Assembly: GCA_965603105.1 (NCBI GenBank)
Contig: CBFDBS010000001.1
Coordinates: 1 to 43,569 of the forward strand
Source of the DNA: an uncultured bacterium
GTDB taxonomy: Bacteria; Acidobacteriota; Aminicenantia; Aminicenantales; Aminicenantaceae
Direction: 5' to 3'
Length of the DNA stretch: 43,569 nucleotides
Made by a program: the position numbers and the translations under genes. Positions 9,449 through 19,171 of this stretch are shown piece by piece (the first letter of the stretch is position 1; the number at the start of each line of letters is the position of its first letter). The notes under the pieces were generated by a model, which worked only from the letters and a program-made list of their open reading frames with translations, was not told the origin of the DNA and ran no database searches.

Positions 9449-9656
9449 TCGAGTCCTCAATCTTCTTTCTCAACTTATAAAAGAACCAAGAACAATAGGC
9501 AATCGTTTTCCCCCCCTGAGTTGCTTATAGATTCGCTTCCAGCCCCCGTCTAAGGTTAGAAATAGTCCATTTTGATAGCCGGAGAGGGGAGAGGTTTTAA
9601 ATTAAAAAAGGGAAACGATACTCTTCTGCTGTTAGGAAGAAGCGCAGGGAAAAGGT

Positions 9657-10052
9657 CTAAATCCCCTCCACTTCGATATATTCAGGGATCAATCCGGTTG
9701 TGTCGACTCCTGCACCTTTGGCGATGTCAATGAGCTCGATGACTTTATAAAAAGGGACATTGGCGTAGGCTCTGATGAAGATGGTTTTGTCCTGACGAGC
9801 AGAATAGATACGTCTGAGTTCATCTTCCACTTGGTCGAAAGGATAGATTGTTTTGTTGATGTCAACAGTCAAATCATGCATCAGTGTCATGACAACGAGA
9901 CCGATAGGAGTGGCACCGGATTCGGCTGATGTCTCGGGGAGCTTGACGTCCATTCCCTTTTGGGACATGGGAGTGATGACCATAAAGATAATGAGTAGAA
10001 CTAACAGGATATCGCATAAAGGAACGACATTGGGTTCTGCATTTGCACTCAT
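9657..10052 (-). CDS. ExbD/TolR-family biopolymer transport protein
   Basis: 131 aa. N-terminal PLCDILLVLLIIFMV TM helix carries the conserved Asp, followed by a periplasmic domain; typical ExbD/TolR architecture. No adjacent ExbB/TolQ. Confidence 0.8.
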   Translation of the reverse strand: MSANAEPNVVPLCDILLVLLIIFMVITPMSQKGMDVKLPETSAESGATPIGLVVMTLMHDLTVDINKTIYPFDQVEDELRRIYSARQDKTIFIRAYANVPFYKVIELIDIAKGAGVDTTGLIPEYIEVEGI

Positions 10053-10168
10053 ATATTCCTCCTCTCTATCTGCCTAAAAAAGTCATTTTAAGCTAATACG
10101 CTGGATTTTGTCAAACTGTTGATTGATTTTTTTTAATCTCCTCTTTATAGTAAAAAAAAGGAGGGATC

Positions 10169-10438
10169 ATGAGAGAACTGAAAATCGAAGTCAATGAGGT
10201 CAAAGAGCGGTGCGGCGCCAAGCACAGAGTGGGGGACTTTTTTTTCATCCGAGGAGAGGGCACGATCGAAATTCCCGATGGAAAAAGAGTCTGTGTTTAT
10301 GCCTTGAACAGCCTTTTCCCTTTTCTGTCCACCAAGCAGCGCGAGGATGAACTTCCCCATGATGACTGGGTATCTGATACCGAGATCCTCTGCTGCCCCG
10401 ATCCAAAGGGGGTCGTATTCAAAGTTACATCCGTCTGA
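10169..10438 (+). CDS. TIGR04076-like small cysteine-containing protein
   Basis: 89 aa with strong SD (AAGGAGGGA). Pattern C..H.VGD.F.I.G ... C.YALNSL.P.L ... CCPDP...V.F.V matches my recollection of the TIGR04076 family. Confidence 0.6.
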   Translation: MRELKIEVNEVKERCGAKHRVGDFFFIRGEGTIEIPDGKRVCVYALNSLFPFLSTKQREDELPHDDWVSDTEILCCPDPKGVVFKVTSV

Positions 10439-10474
10439 GTTCCAGATAGAAAACTTTTTCGGTGCTCCCGCACT

Positions 10475-12136
10475 TTATGAATTGCTTTTTTTGAAATGCA
10501 GCAGGACGAAGCGGGCGTCATAAGCGATAACCAGGGCCAGTAGAATGAGGACGATACTGACTGTTCCCAGGAGAACCTGGTTGTTCCCGAAAAATTTGAC
10601 GCCTTGATAGCCGAGCGCGGCCAGAGTTGTCAGCAGCATGAAAATGGCCGGGTAGATGGTGAATTTCTTCGGCCTCTTGATGCTGACCAAATAGGAAGAG
10701 ACAACAATTAAGGCTAGAGCGGCAACCAGCTGGTTCGAGGCTCCAAAAACGGGCCATATCGCCTTGTAGCCTTCGGTCGCTCCCAAAAGAGAGGCGAAGA
10801 TGAGAATGATGGCCGAAGCCAGCCACCGGTTTCTGAAAACCGCTGTTCGCTTTCCCAGGAGCTCTGAGAAGATAAAGCGGCCCAGTCGAGTTCCCGTATC
10901 GAGAGTGGTGAGCACAAAGGCGTTGAGCATGACCATCCCGAAAAAAGACCCCATCGCCAGAGTGAGCGCAGGGAGAGAGGATAACAATTTCCCATAGCCT
11001 GTGGCAAAAGTCATGATGGGATCACCCACCGTCGTCATCAGATATTGAAAGCCGAAGGCGCTCTCAACGGCCGACGGATCCCAGATAAGAGCACTGGCGG
11101 CGATGAATATGACCAACCCGGCCAGCGCAGCTTCGGTCACCATGCCGCCGAAGCCGATCAGTTTGCCCGAAGGTTCATCCGGAAGCTGCTTGGCTGTCGT
11201 TCCTCCGGCCACGATGGAGTGGAAGCCTGAGATGGCCCCGCAGGCGATAATAACAAAGAGCATCGGCCACAACGGCCCTCCCTGGCTGGAAAAGGAAACA
11301 AAAGCCGGAGCATTCACTTTGGGGACCGAGACGATCAGTCCCAGATACCCCAAACCGAGGCCGAGAAAAAGGATCCAGGTGCTGATGTAATCCCGGGGTT
11401 GGAGAAGGAACCAGACAGGCAGGCTGGAGGCGAAAAAGCTGTAGATGATGAGGACAAAAAACCAGAAGGTCTGGCTGGAAAGGCCCATGAATTTGGCCGG
11501 AAGTTCAACCGGGATTTGACTTCCGATGTAGATCAGGATGAAAAGGACGAGAAGAGAGATGATTGTGGCCACAGGGATATTGACGCCCTTCTTGTAGATA
11601 AGCCAACCGAAAAGCATGGCGATAAAAACTAAACCGAAAGTCGGGATGACGATCTCGGGCTGTGAGACGAGTGTTTGGGAGGCGACGACGGCAAATACTG
11701 CGATGACGAGAGCCAGAGCGAACCAAATAAAGACAGAAAAGATGATCTTGGTTCTGATGCCGAGTGTCTTTTCCGAGATATCGGCAAGAGACCGCCCTCT
11801 GTTCTGAACGGAAGTCATCAACGATGTATAATCGTGGACGGCTCCTAAAAAAACACTTCCTATCGCCACCCACAGCAGTGCTCCCAACCAGCCGAAGTAG
11901 AGGACTCCCAGCAAGGGTCCCAAGATGGGGCCCGCACCTGCGATCGAAGAGAAATGATGCCCGAAGAGAAGTGTTTTTTTGGCCGGGGACTAATCGATGC
12001 CGTCGTTGATTTCCCGAGCGGGAGTTGTTCTTGATTTATCGGCCTTGATGACCTTTTTTTCAAGGAAATTGCCGTAGATCTTGTAACCCAAGAACAGCCA
12101 GAGGAGAAGGATGGCGGCAATGATGAGTGTGTTCAT
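10475..12136 (-). pseudogene. cstA: carbon starvation protein CstA (peptide/pyruvate transporter) interrupted by one in-frame TAG
   Basis: Manual translation from ATG 12136 gives MNTLIIAAILLLWLFLGYKIYGNFLEKKVIKADKSRTTPAREINDGID-TAG-SPAKKTLLFGHHFSSIAGAGPILGPLLGV... in one continuous frame with the 482-aa ORF. The stop (11992..11990) replaces the Tyr of the conserved DG.DYVP motif. Confidence 0.8.
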
Positions 12137-12157
12137 ATTACCTCCAAGGTGACTGGA

Positions 12158-14053
12158 TTATTTCCTTGTCCTGAAAATCAGAAAGCCCGCCAGCAGAGCG
12201 AAGGCGGCCAGGGCGGCAAAATCTCCCAGATGGACGCCGAATCCTTCGGGCTTGGCCTTGGTGATATAGGCATAGGCGGCCACCACGACCATTGCTAATC
12301 CTTCTCCGGCAATGAAACCGGACCCCAACAGAATGCCTTTTTCTTTTGTTTGCTTCTTTCGCTCTTCGTCTTTTCCAGCCCGCTTTTCGACGAAATAGCG
12401 GATGAGTCCTCCGACGTAAACAGGAGTCATCGTCGACAGCGGAAGATAGATGCCCACGGCAAAAGGAAGGGAGGGCACTCCAAGCAGCTCAGCGACGATG
12501 GCGAAAATTCCGCCGACCAGGACCAGCCCCCAGGGAAGATTTCCTCCTAGAACGCCCTCGATAACCGTTTTCATCAACGTGGCTTGGGGGGCGGGGATAA
12601 TCTCGCTGCCGAACTGGAAAGCGGCACCGAGCAGCCAGACTGCAGCGGCGATACCGAAAGCGGAGGTGATTACGCCGACGAGTTCGGTCGTCTGCTGTCT
12701 TTTAGGGGTGGCTCCGATGATGTAGCCGGCTTTGAGATCCTGGGAGATATCCCCGGCGATCGATGCCCCGACGGCCACGACCGTTCCGCAGGTCAGAGCC
12801 GTGGCCATTCCGATGGTGTCTGTCCATCCTAAGGCGAGGAAGAGGATGCTTATTCCTAAGAGGCTGACGATTGTCATGCCTGAGGTCGGATTGGAGGTCA
12901 CGCCCACTAGCCCGACGATCCGGGAGGAAACGGTGACGAAGATAAAGGTGAAAAAGATAATGCACACCGAGGCAATCAAGCGGATGATGAGAGACGTGTC
13001 CATACCCAGGAGTCCCGAGGAAAAAACGAGAATGGCCAGGACGATGAGGACTCCGATGATAATCGTTAAAAAGGGAAGGTCTGTTTGTCTGCGTTCCGTC
13101 GTGCTTCGGGAAGCATCGTTCTTCTTTGTCGATAGCTGCTGGAATCCCACTTTCAGAGAATTGTACATGGTCGGCAGGGATTTGATGACACTAATAATTC
13201 CACCAACGGCCACGGCTCCCGCACCGATGAGCCGGACATACTTGTACCAGATCTCCTGGGCGGTCATTTGAGCGATGGGGAGATCGACTTCCGGAAACAG
13301 TGGAAGATTCAAATTCTCTCCGAAATAGGCGATCAGAGGAATGACGCCGATCCAGCTCAAAAGACCTCCGGCGACCATAATGCCCGCGATACGCGGGCCG
13401 AGAATAAAACCAACTCCCAGAAGGGCCGGCGTCGGTTCCATCCCCAACTTGGCCTTTTTGAGGACAGGAAGGCTGAGATAGATCTTTTCCGGCCAGAGTT
13501 TGACGAAGTTGATGAGAAGGGCTAGGACAGACCCGATACCCATGCCGATGAAGACATTTCTGGCTTTGGCGCCTCCTTCATCGGCCGCAACAAGAACTGC
13601 GGCGGCGGCCGTGCCTTCCGGATAGGGGAGAGTTGCGTGCTCTTGGACGATTAAAAACCGCCTTAGAGGGATCATGAACAGAATGCCCAGGGTTCCCCCG
13701 CAAAGGGCTAAAGTTCCGATTTTGAATATCCCCGGATTGAACCCCCAGAGGAAAAGGGCAGGAATGGTGAAGATGATTCCCGAAGCTAGCGATGAACTGG
13801 CCGAGCCTGTGGTCTGAGAGATATTGGCATCCAGAATTGTGCTTTTCCCTAGAATAGGTGTTAGAAGTTTTAATGCGGCCACTGAGATGACCGCCAGGGG
13901 AATGGCCGTCGATATGGTCAGTCCCACCCTCAGCCCTAAATAGGCATTGGCCGAGCCGAAAATGACACCGAAGACGGCTCCCAGGATTACAGCCTTCAGT
14001 GTGATGTCTTTGTATGATGTTTGTTCGGGCACATAGGATTGGAATTCTTCCAT
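12158..14053 (-). CDS. OPT-family oligopeptide transporter
   Basis: About 630-aa polytopic membrane protein with an OPT-type N-terminus (ITLKAVILGAVFGVIFGSANAYLGLRVGLTISTAIP). ATG at 14053 has a GAGGGTGA SD. cstA follows 21 nt downstream. Confidence 0.85.
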   Translation of the reverse strand: MEEFQSYVPEQTSYKDITLKAVILGAVFGVIFGSANAYLGLRVGLTISTAIPLAVISVAALKLLTPILGKSTILDANISQTTGSASSSLASGIIFTIPALFLWGFNPGIFKIGTLALCGGTLGILFMIPLRRFLIVQEHATLPYPEGTAAAAVLVAADEGGAKARNVFIGMGIGSVLALLINFVKLWPEKIYLSLPVLKKAKLGMEPTPALLGVGFILGPRIAGIMVAGGLLSWIGVIPLIAYFGENLNLPLFPEVDLPIAQMTAQEIWYKYVRLIGAGAVAVGGIISVIKSLPTMYNSLKVGFQQLSTKKNDASRSTTERRQTDLPFLTIIIGVLIVLAILVFSSGLLGMDTSLIIRLIASVCIIFFTFIFVTVSSRIVGLVGVTSNPTSGMTIVSLLGISILFLALGWTDTIGMATALTCGTVVAVGASIAGDISQDLKAGYIIGATPKRQQTTELVGVITSAFGIAAAVWLLGAAFQFGSEIIPAPQATLMKTVIEGVLGGNLPWGLVLVGGIFAIVAELLGVPSLPFAVGIYLPLSTMTPVYVGGLIRYFVEKRAGKDEERKKQTKEKGILLGSGFIAGEGLAMVVVAAYAYITKAKPEGFGVHLGDFAALAAFALLAGFLIFRTRK

Positions 14054-14222
14054 TTTTTCACCCTCTCTCATCGTAAAATATATGGCAGTCTACCACAGTC
14101 AAAACGATTTTTCTAACCCAAATAAAAAAGTTTTAAAAAGATTGTTTTTCTCCTTTCAAACCTTCTCAAGTTTTCTTAATCGCTTCCTCTCAAAGCCACG
14201 ATCTTTTAGAGTTTGACAGCCG

Positions 14223-14252
14223 AGGCGGCGGCCAGTTATAATTCCAAACAAA
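14223..14252 (+). promoter_or_regulatory. near-consensus sigma70 promoter for the glycosyltransferase island (-35 TTGACA, 18 nt, -10 TATAAT)
   Basis: Both hexamers are perfect consensus, at 14223-14228 and 14247-14252, about 50 nt upstream of the ATG at 14304. Confidence 0.5.
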
Positions 14253-14303
14253 TTAAAGACCTGATTGGAAGATCGGTTGACTGCAGAAAGTCGAAACCAA
14301 GAG

Positions 14304-14648
14304 ATGGAACGTAAAGAGATATTGGAGAAGATAGAGGCCGTCAAAAAGGAATTGGCTGAAGATCAATTCGCCATCATTAAGGATAAAATTTCTGAAAGGA
14401 AATTCCAACATCACAAATCCGATAGAAAATGGTTTCTGGGAAAACTCATCGAAGCCCTGAGAAGAAAACTGATGATGGAAATCGAATTCATCTTGGAACC
14501 TCTATTTGACAACCAAAAGGAGATCAATCTCAGGCTGCTGGAGGAAGTCAGGAGGCTGAAAAAGGAAGTGTCGGCTCTTGAGAAGAGTGATGACGGGAAG
14601 GAGAATGATTTCCAAAGTCAAGACTCTCAACCAGCAGATCAGGAATAA
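14304..14648 (+). CDS. small coiled-coil protein, unknown function (paralog of 16932..17429)
   Basis: Charged heptad-rich sequence, first gene of the GT island. ATG at 14304 chosen because the TTG at 14265 sits almost on the predicted transcription start. Weak SD. Confidence 0.5.
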   Translation: MERKEILEKIEAVKKELAEDQFAIIKDKISERKFQHHKSDRKWFLGKLIEALRRKLMMEIEFILEPLFDNQKEINLRLLEEVRRLKKEVSALEKSDDGKENDFQSQDSQPADQE

Positions 14649-14661
14649 TCTGCGGCGATTC

Positions 14662-15720
14662 ATGAACAGCGAGGACATCAAGACTATCGCGGTCTGTGCC
14701 GCTCAAGTCCCCTTTTTCTCGGGAGGGGCGGAAGCGCATGTTAAGTGTCTTGTCGAGGAATTGAAAGCCAGGCGTTTTGAGGTCGATCTTATCAACATCC
14801 CCTATAAATGGTATCCCCTTGAACAGCTGTTGAACAGTATCGAAATCTGGAAAAAACTCGATTTGAGCGAGTCTAACGGAAAAAAAATAGACCTGGTCAT
14901 CACCACCAAGTTTCCTTCCTACTTTGCCCAGCACAGGAATAAAGTCCTCTGGCTTATTCATCAGTACAGGCAGATGTATGACCTTTTTGAAACGCCCTAC
15001 TCCGGATTCGACAGCTCCCGGCCTGAGGATTTGGAGCTGAGGGATCGACTGATCGAAATGGACACACGAACCCTCAAAACCTACAAGAAAATATACACCA
15101 ATTCAAAAAATACGGCCAAACGTTTAAAAAAATACAACGGCATCGAGGCGACTCCATTGTACCATCCTCCCCGTTTGAACGGCCGCTATTATGCAGCCGG
15201 TTTTGACGGCTCTATCCTCTCTGTTGGCAGACTGGACTCTCTCAAGAGGGTGGATCTTTTGATCAGATCGCTCAGATTCTGTGACTCTAAAATCGAATGC
15301 AAAATCGCCGGCAGCGGACCCGAATCCGAAAGTCTCAAGGTTTTAGCCCGTGATTGCGGAGTGTCGGACAGAGTGGAATTCCTGGGATTCGTGCCGGATG
15401 AGAAACTTTTAGAACTGTATGCCAACTGCTCAGCTGTCTTTTTTGCACCTTTGGATGAAGACTACGGCTACATCACTCTCGAGGCTTTTCTGTCTCAAAA
15501 ACCGGTTATAACCGGTTTCGACTCCGGAGGATCGCTGGAGTTTGTCGAGGATCAACTGAACGGGATAGTTCTCGATTCGCTTGAAGAGAAAGGGATTGGA
15601 GAAAAAATCGAGGAGCTTGTCGCCGACAAGGAGAAGTGCAGGAGATTTGGTTTAAACGGCCACCAGAAAGTCAAGGGCATCAACTGGGATTTTGTCATTC
15701 AAACCTTGCTTTCCGGATGA
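14662..15720 (+). CDS. glycosyltransferase, GT4 (GT-B fold)
   Basis: N-terminal VPFFSGGAEAH motif and C-terminal GT1/GT4 domain (FFAPLDEDYGYITLEAFLSQKPVI, an E-x7-E type motif). ATG at 14662 lies 13 nt after the preceding stop. Confidence 0.85.
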   Translation: MNSEDIKTIAVCAAQVPFFSGGAEAHVKCLVEELKARRFEVDLINIPYKWYPLEQLLNSIEIWKKLDLSESNGKKIDLVITTKFPSYFAQHRNKVLWLIHQYRQMYDLFETPYSGFDSSRPEDLELRDRLIEMDTRTLKTYKKIYTNSKNTAKRLKKYNGIEATPLYHPPRLNGRYYAAGFDGSILSVGRLDSLKRVDLLIRSLRFCDSKIECKIAGSGPESESLKVLARDCGVSDRVEFLGFVPDEKLLELYANCSAVFFAPLDEDYGYITLEAFLSQKPVITGFDSGGSLEFVEDQLNGIVLDSLEEKGIGEKIEELVADKEKCRRFGLNGHQKVKGINWDFVIQTLLSG

Positions 15721-16910
15721 AAAGAATGAAAATTGCTCTGTTCAGCCCGCTCAATCCGGTCAAAACGGGAATTTCAGACTACACGGAAGAAATGCTCTTC
15801 GAGATGAAAAAGCACGTGGACATCGATCTGCTGATCGATCAGGGCTATAAACCTCAAAACGAGAAAATCCGGGCTCAATTCAAAATTGTTCCCTATTATT
15901 CTGAATCTTTCGATCCTTCAGGCTATGATGAGATCCTCTACCACATGGGGAACAACTATCAAGCGCACGGCTATATCTATAATGCTCTAAAAAAGCATCC
16001 GGGGATCGTCGTCCTCCATGATTTTGTTTTGCAGGGATTCTATGCCGAAAAGTACGATGCCGACAGGGATTTCGATGCTTACCTGCGGATCCAGAAAAAA
16101 TACTACCGGGAGAGGGGAGAAGAAATCGCAGAAAATCTCATCCGGCGCACGGAATTCCCTATTTGGGAAAGGACCGCGGCATTCGACTATCCCTTGAACG
16201 AGGAAGTGCTTGAAGCGGCTAAAGCCGTTATCGTCCACTCGGATTTCGTGAAGGACAAGATCAAGGAACGGATTCAAAAACCTGTAACAAAGATCAACCA
16301 TCATGGGCACGAGATCAAATCCTTCGATCGTCAGCAGCTGAGGGCGAAGATGGATCTTGGACCGCAGGATATTTTGATCACCTCGACCGGTTTTATCAAT
16401 AAAAACAAACGATTGGGAGTCATCCTTTCCGCTCTCGAAGAAATGGATCATTCCCGCGTCTCCTATGCCATTGCCGGCGGTGACAGGGGCGGACTTCTCA
16501 GAAACTATCTGGGAGAGAAAAAACTGAAGGTGATCGTCAAGGGGTACCTTCCCCTTGAGGAGCTAGAGGCTTTGATCTGTGCATCGGACATCTGCATCAA
16601 TCTCAGATACCCGACCATGGGCGAAAGCTCGGGCACGCTGTTGAGGATGATGGGCTATGGTAAACCTGTATTGGTCACTAATTTCGGTTCTTACGCCGAA
16701 TTCCCAGATTACAGTGTATTGAAGATCGATCCCGATATCGATGAAAAGGAGGCCATCAAACGTTTCGTCTTCGCTCTCATTGAAGATGAAAATTTCCGCC
16801 GCTCTTTGGGTGAGGAAGCAGGCAGGTATGTCGGAAATGATTGCAGCATCGAGCGGTGTGCCTCAGAATATGTTTCCTTTATCCGTTCGGAAGGATCGAA
16901 TAAGTCATAA
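15717..16910 (+). CDS. glycosyltransferase (GT1/GT4-like, GT-B fold)
   Basis: Start overlaps the upstream stop (ATGA). N-terminus KIALFSPLNPVKTGISDYTEE and C-terminal GESSGTLLRMMGYGKPVLV are typical of polysaccharide-cluster GTs. Confidence 0.8.
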   Translation: MKRMKIALFSPLNPVKTGISDYTEEMLFEMKKHVDIDLLIDQGYKPQNEKIRAQFKIVPYYSESFDPSGYDEILYHMGNNYQAHGYIYNALKKHPGIVVLHDFVLQGFYAEKYDADRDFDAYLRIQKKYYRERGEEIAENLIRRTEFPIWERTAAFDYPLNEEVLEAAKAVIVHSDFVKDKIKERIQKPVTKINHHGHEIKSFDRQQLRAKMDLGPQDILITSTGFINKNKRLGVILSALEEMDHSRVSYAIAGGDRGGLLRNYLGEKKLKVIVKGYLPLEELEALICASDICINLRYPTMGESSGTLLRMMGYGKPVLVTNFGSYAEFPDYSVLKIDPDIDEKEAIKRFVFALIEDENFRRSLGEEAGRYVGNDCSIERCASEYVSFIRSEGSNKS

Positions 16911-16931
16911 AATGAGGAGAAATCAAAAGAG

Positions 16932-17429
16932 ATGCCCAATCAAGATATTTTCCGGGTGATGATCGCCCAAATCAAAGAGACGCTCGGCAAGGAAAAAGAG
17001 AGAGCGGCCGATATCGAGTCACTTGTCAAAAAGAAAATCGAGAGAGATGCCGGTCTCTGGGAATATAGCTTCGATGAACTCGAACAGGAACTTTTCCAGA
17101 GGTTCACATCCTTGGAAGAAAAGAAAGACTGCCTGTCTTTTCCGGATATTTCTTCTCCACGGAAAGGGATTGGCTGGCTGATCATCCTCGTCAAGAAAAC
17201 GCTGATGAAGATAACTCATCCCTACGCCCGGATGGTTCTTGACCGGCAGGACCAGTTCAACAGAGAGCTCATCCCAATTCTTCTGGCGGCGATCCTGAGT
17301 CTTCAGAAAATAAAAGACCGCTTGAATGCCGCCGAAGGACAGATCAAAGATCTCCTCGAGAATCAGATAGATTTGGCTGAGACATGTTACAATCTCTCAA
17401 AATCCAAAGACAAGGTTGAAAAAAGATAA
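16932..17429 (+). CDS. small coiled-coil protein, unknown function (paralog of 14304..14648)
   Basis: 165 aa. Shares an equally spaced LM-x12/13-L-x2-Q-x3-N-x2-L segment with the first coiled-coil ORF, followed by a heptad-rich tail. Confidence 0.55.
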   Translation: MPNQDIFRVMIAQIKETLGKEKERAADIESLVKKKIERDAGLWEYSFDELEQELFQRFTSLEEKKDCLSFPDISSPRKGIGWLIILVKKTLMKITHPYARMVLDRQDQFNRELIPILLAAILSLQKIKDRLNAAEGQIKDLLENQIDLAETCYNLSKSKDKVEKR

Positions 17430-17430
17430 G

Positions 17431-18846
17431 ATGATGAATCCTTCCCATGTGCTGGAAACCATCGAGACAAATCCGGATAAATTTCCGAAACTTCTCTCTA
17501 AACTGCTCTCCGATGAAGAAGTCGGTCACGACCTTCTATCTCGGTGTCTTTTTCGACTCACCAAACAGAAAGTTGCTTTTTCCGAGAACTTTCCTCTGTG
17601 GATCAAGAAAATCGCTGCCGCAAAGGGAATACAGGCGGCCTTCAATATTGTCAACCGCTTAGAAGTCGCTTTAGGCTACCGGAGGCCAACCCTTGCCCTT
17701 TACGATCATTGCCTTCATTTTATAGGCGGGGCCCAGAAGTATGGAAATACGATGGCTCAGGCTCTTCAGGAAACATTCGATATCACATTGATCTCAAACA
17801 AGGCTGTGACCCTTGAACATCTGCAGCAGTGGTACAAACTGGATCTTTCACATTGTTGGCTGGAAATTGTCCCCATTCCCTTTTTCGAAAGCCGGAGAAG
17901 AGAGATGGAATTGATCGATCCGGCCGAAGTGAACTTCAAAGGGGATAATCCATTCCATATCATCAGCCGAATGAGCGGAGATTATGACTTTTTCATCAAT
18001 AATTCCATGCTGGAAATGGTTTACCCGCTTTCCAATGTTTCGGTGCTCGTCTGTCATTTTCCGGAAAGAGACAGGTCCCGTTTTTTTCATGTCCCTGAAT
18101 ACACCGAGATCGTCTATAACAGTCAATACACAGCCGAATGGATCAAAATCAAGTGGGGACTGACACCGAATATTCACATCTATCCTCCTGTCGATATGGG
18201 GAGCCCGGTGGAAGCCGTCAAGAAAGAACCCATAATTTTATCCGTATCGCGGTTCGATCCGGGAGGAAACAAACAGCAGATGCAGATGATCAAGGCCTTC
18301 AAGACTCTCTGTGAGAATCACCCGGAAGAGATGAAGGGATGGAAGCTCGTCCTGGCCGGAGGGAGTGTTCCGGGGAATCCCTACCTCGAAAAAGTGTGTG
18401 AATTCCTTTCCAGAAATCCGGATGAGAGGATTGAATTGAAAGTCAATGTCCCCGAGGAAGAGCTCAGGAAGATCTATCAGCAGGGGAAAATATTCTGGCA
18501 TTTTTGCGGGTTGAATCAAAAAGATCCCGCCAAGGTGGAGCATTTTGGGATGAACATAGTCGAGGCCATGCAGAATGCCTGCCTGCCCATCGTTTTTCGA
18601 GGAGGCGGCCAGCCGGAAATTGTGGAAGAGGGGAAGACAGGTTTTCTCTTCAGAAACGAAGGGGAAATGTTGGCTGCAACCTTAGATGTCATCCGCCATC
18701 CCGAACTCATCGAGGAAATGGGTTTCAATGCCAGGGAAAGAGGTCAAATTTTCCACGCCGAAGTCTTTATCGAAAAGGTGCGTGCGCACTTTTATCTCCT
18801 GCTGAAGAGATACATGTTCGAGGAAGAAGAGCCCCTTAAGGATTGA
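17431..18846 (+). CDS. glycosyltransferase, GT4 (GT-B fold) with extended N-terminal region
   Basis: C-terminal GT1 domain (EHFGMNIVEAMQNACLPIVFRGGGQPEIVEEGKTGFL, E-x7-E). ATG at 17431 lies 2 nt after the preceding stop. Confidence 0.85.
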   Translation: MMNPSHVLETIETNPDKFPKLLSKLLSDEEVGHDLLSRCLFRLTKQKVAFSENFPLWIKKIAAAKGIQAAFNIVNRLEVALGYRRPTLALYDHCLHFIGGAQKYGNTMAQALQETFDITLISNKAVTLEHLQQWYKLDLSHCWLEIVPIPFFESRRREMELIDPAEVNFKGDNPFHIISRMSGDYDFFINNSMLEMVYPLSNVSVLVCHFPERDRSRFFHVPEYTEIVYNSQYTAEWIKIKWGLTPNIHIYPPVDMGSPVEAVKKEPIILSVSRFDPGGNKQQMQMIKAFKTLCENHPEEMKGWKLVLAGGSVPGNPYLEKVCEFLSRNPDERIELKVNVPEEELRKIYQQGKIFWHFCGLNQKDPAKVEHFGMNIVEAMQNACLPIVFRGGGQPEIVEEGKTGFLFRNEGEMLAATLDVIRHPELIEEMGFNARERGQIFHAEVFIEKVRAHFYLLLKRYMFEEEEPLKD

Positions 18847-19171
18847 TTTATGGTTCGCTTCCATTGTGTGTAGGCAATATGCTGGAATGGCCTTGCTCCC
18901 TTCAGATTCTATACGCCATGGCCTGAGTTTCTTTTCTCGGCAGCTCCCGATGACTCACATGTCTATTCTTCTATTGAAGCTTCAATTTGTGTTGAAAAAG
19001 CCACTTCCCTTCACTTTTGCAGGCTCAATACATGCTCGCTGTCCTTTGACAAACGGAAGCCCTCAAAAAGCGACTCGGCCAGGCTGAATCTTCAATGGTC
19101 GTTTCATCCATTCAGTATTATTGACACACACAAAATGGAAGAGAATCGGTCCTTTCCTCATTTGTGCTGAC

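Noticed and set aside
9510-9516. Poly-C runs in intergenic regions (C7 at 9510-9516, C6 at 33312-33317, C9 at 42612-42620) as phase-variation switches.
   Set aside because: None lies within a coding region or between recognisable -35/-10 elements. C6-C7 tracts are too short to be notable. Only the C9 tract is retained, as a detail of the long-spacer finding.
11990-11992. In-frame TAG in cstA as evidence of amber recoding (pyrrolysine or stop-codon reassignment).
   Set aside because: TAG clearly terminates mreC (2063-2065) and rmlD (24183-24185) at normal protein ends. No pyl genes are seen. The codon is one substitution from the expected Tyr codon. A nonsense mutation or base-call error is the simpler explanation.
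18973-18986. Perfect 14-nt palindrome ATTGAAGCTTCAAT as a regulator binding site.
   Set aside because: A 7+7 perfect palindrome is expected a few times by chance in about 43 kb. It lies between convergent 3' ends where an operator makes little sense.
18866-19087. 73-aa ORF in the 325-nt convergent spacer between the last GT and the TP-like gene.
   Set aside because: It has no ATG start with an SD and no recognisable fold or TM pattern, and it lies between two convergent gene ends. Most likely non-coding. I also found no convincing terminator hairpins there.
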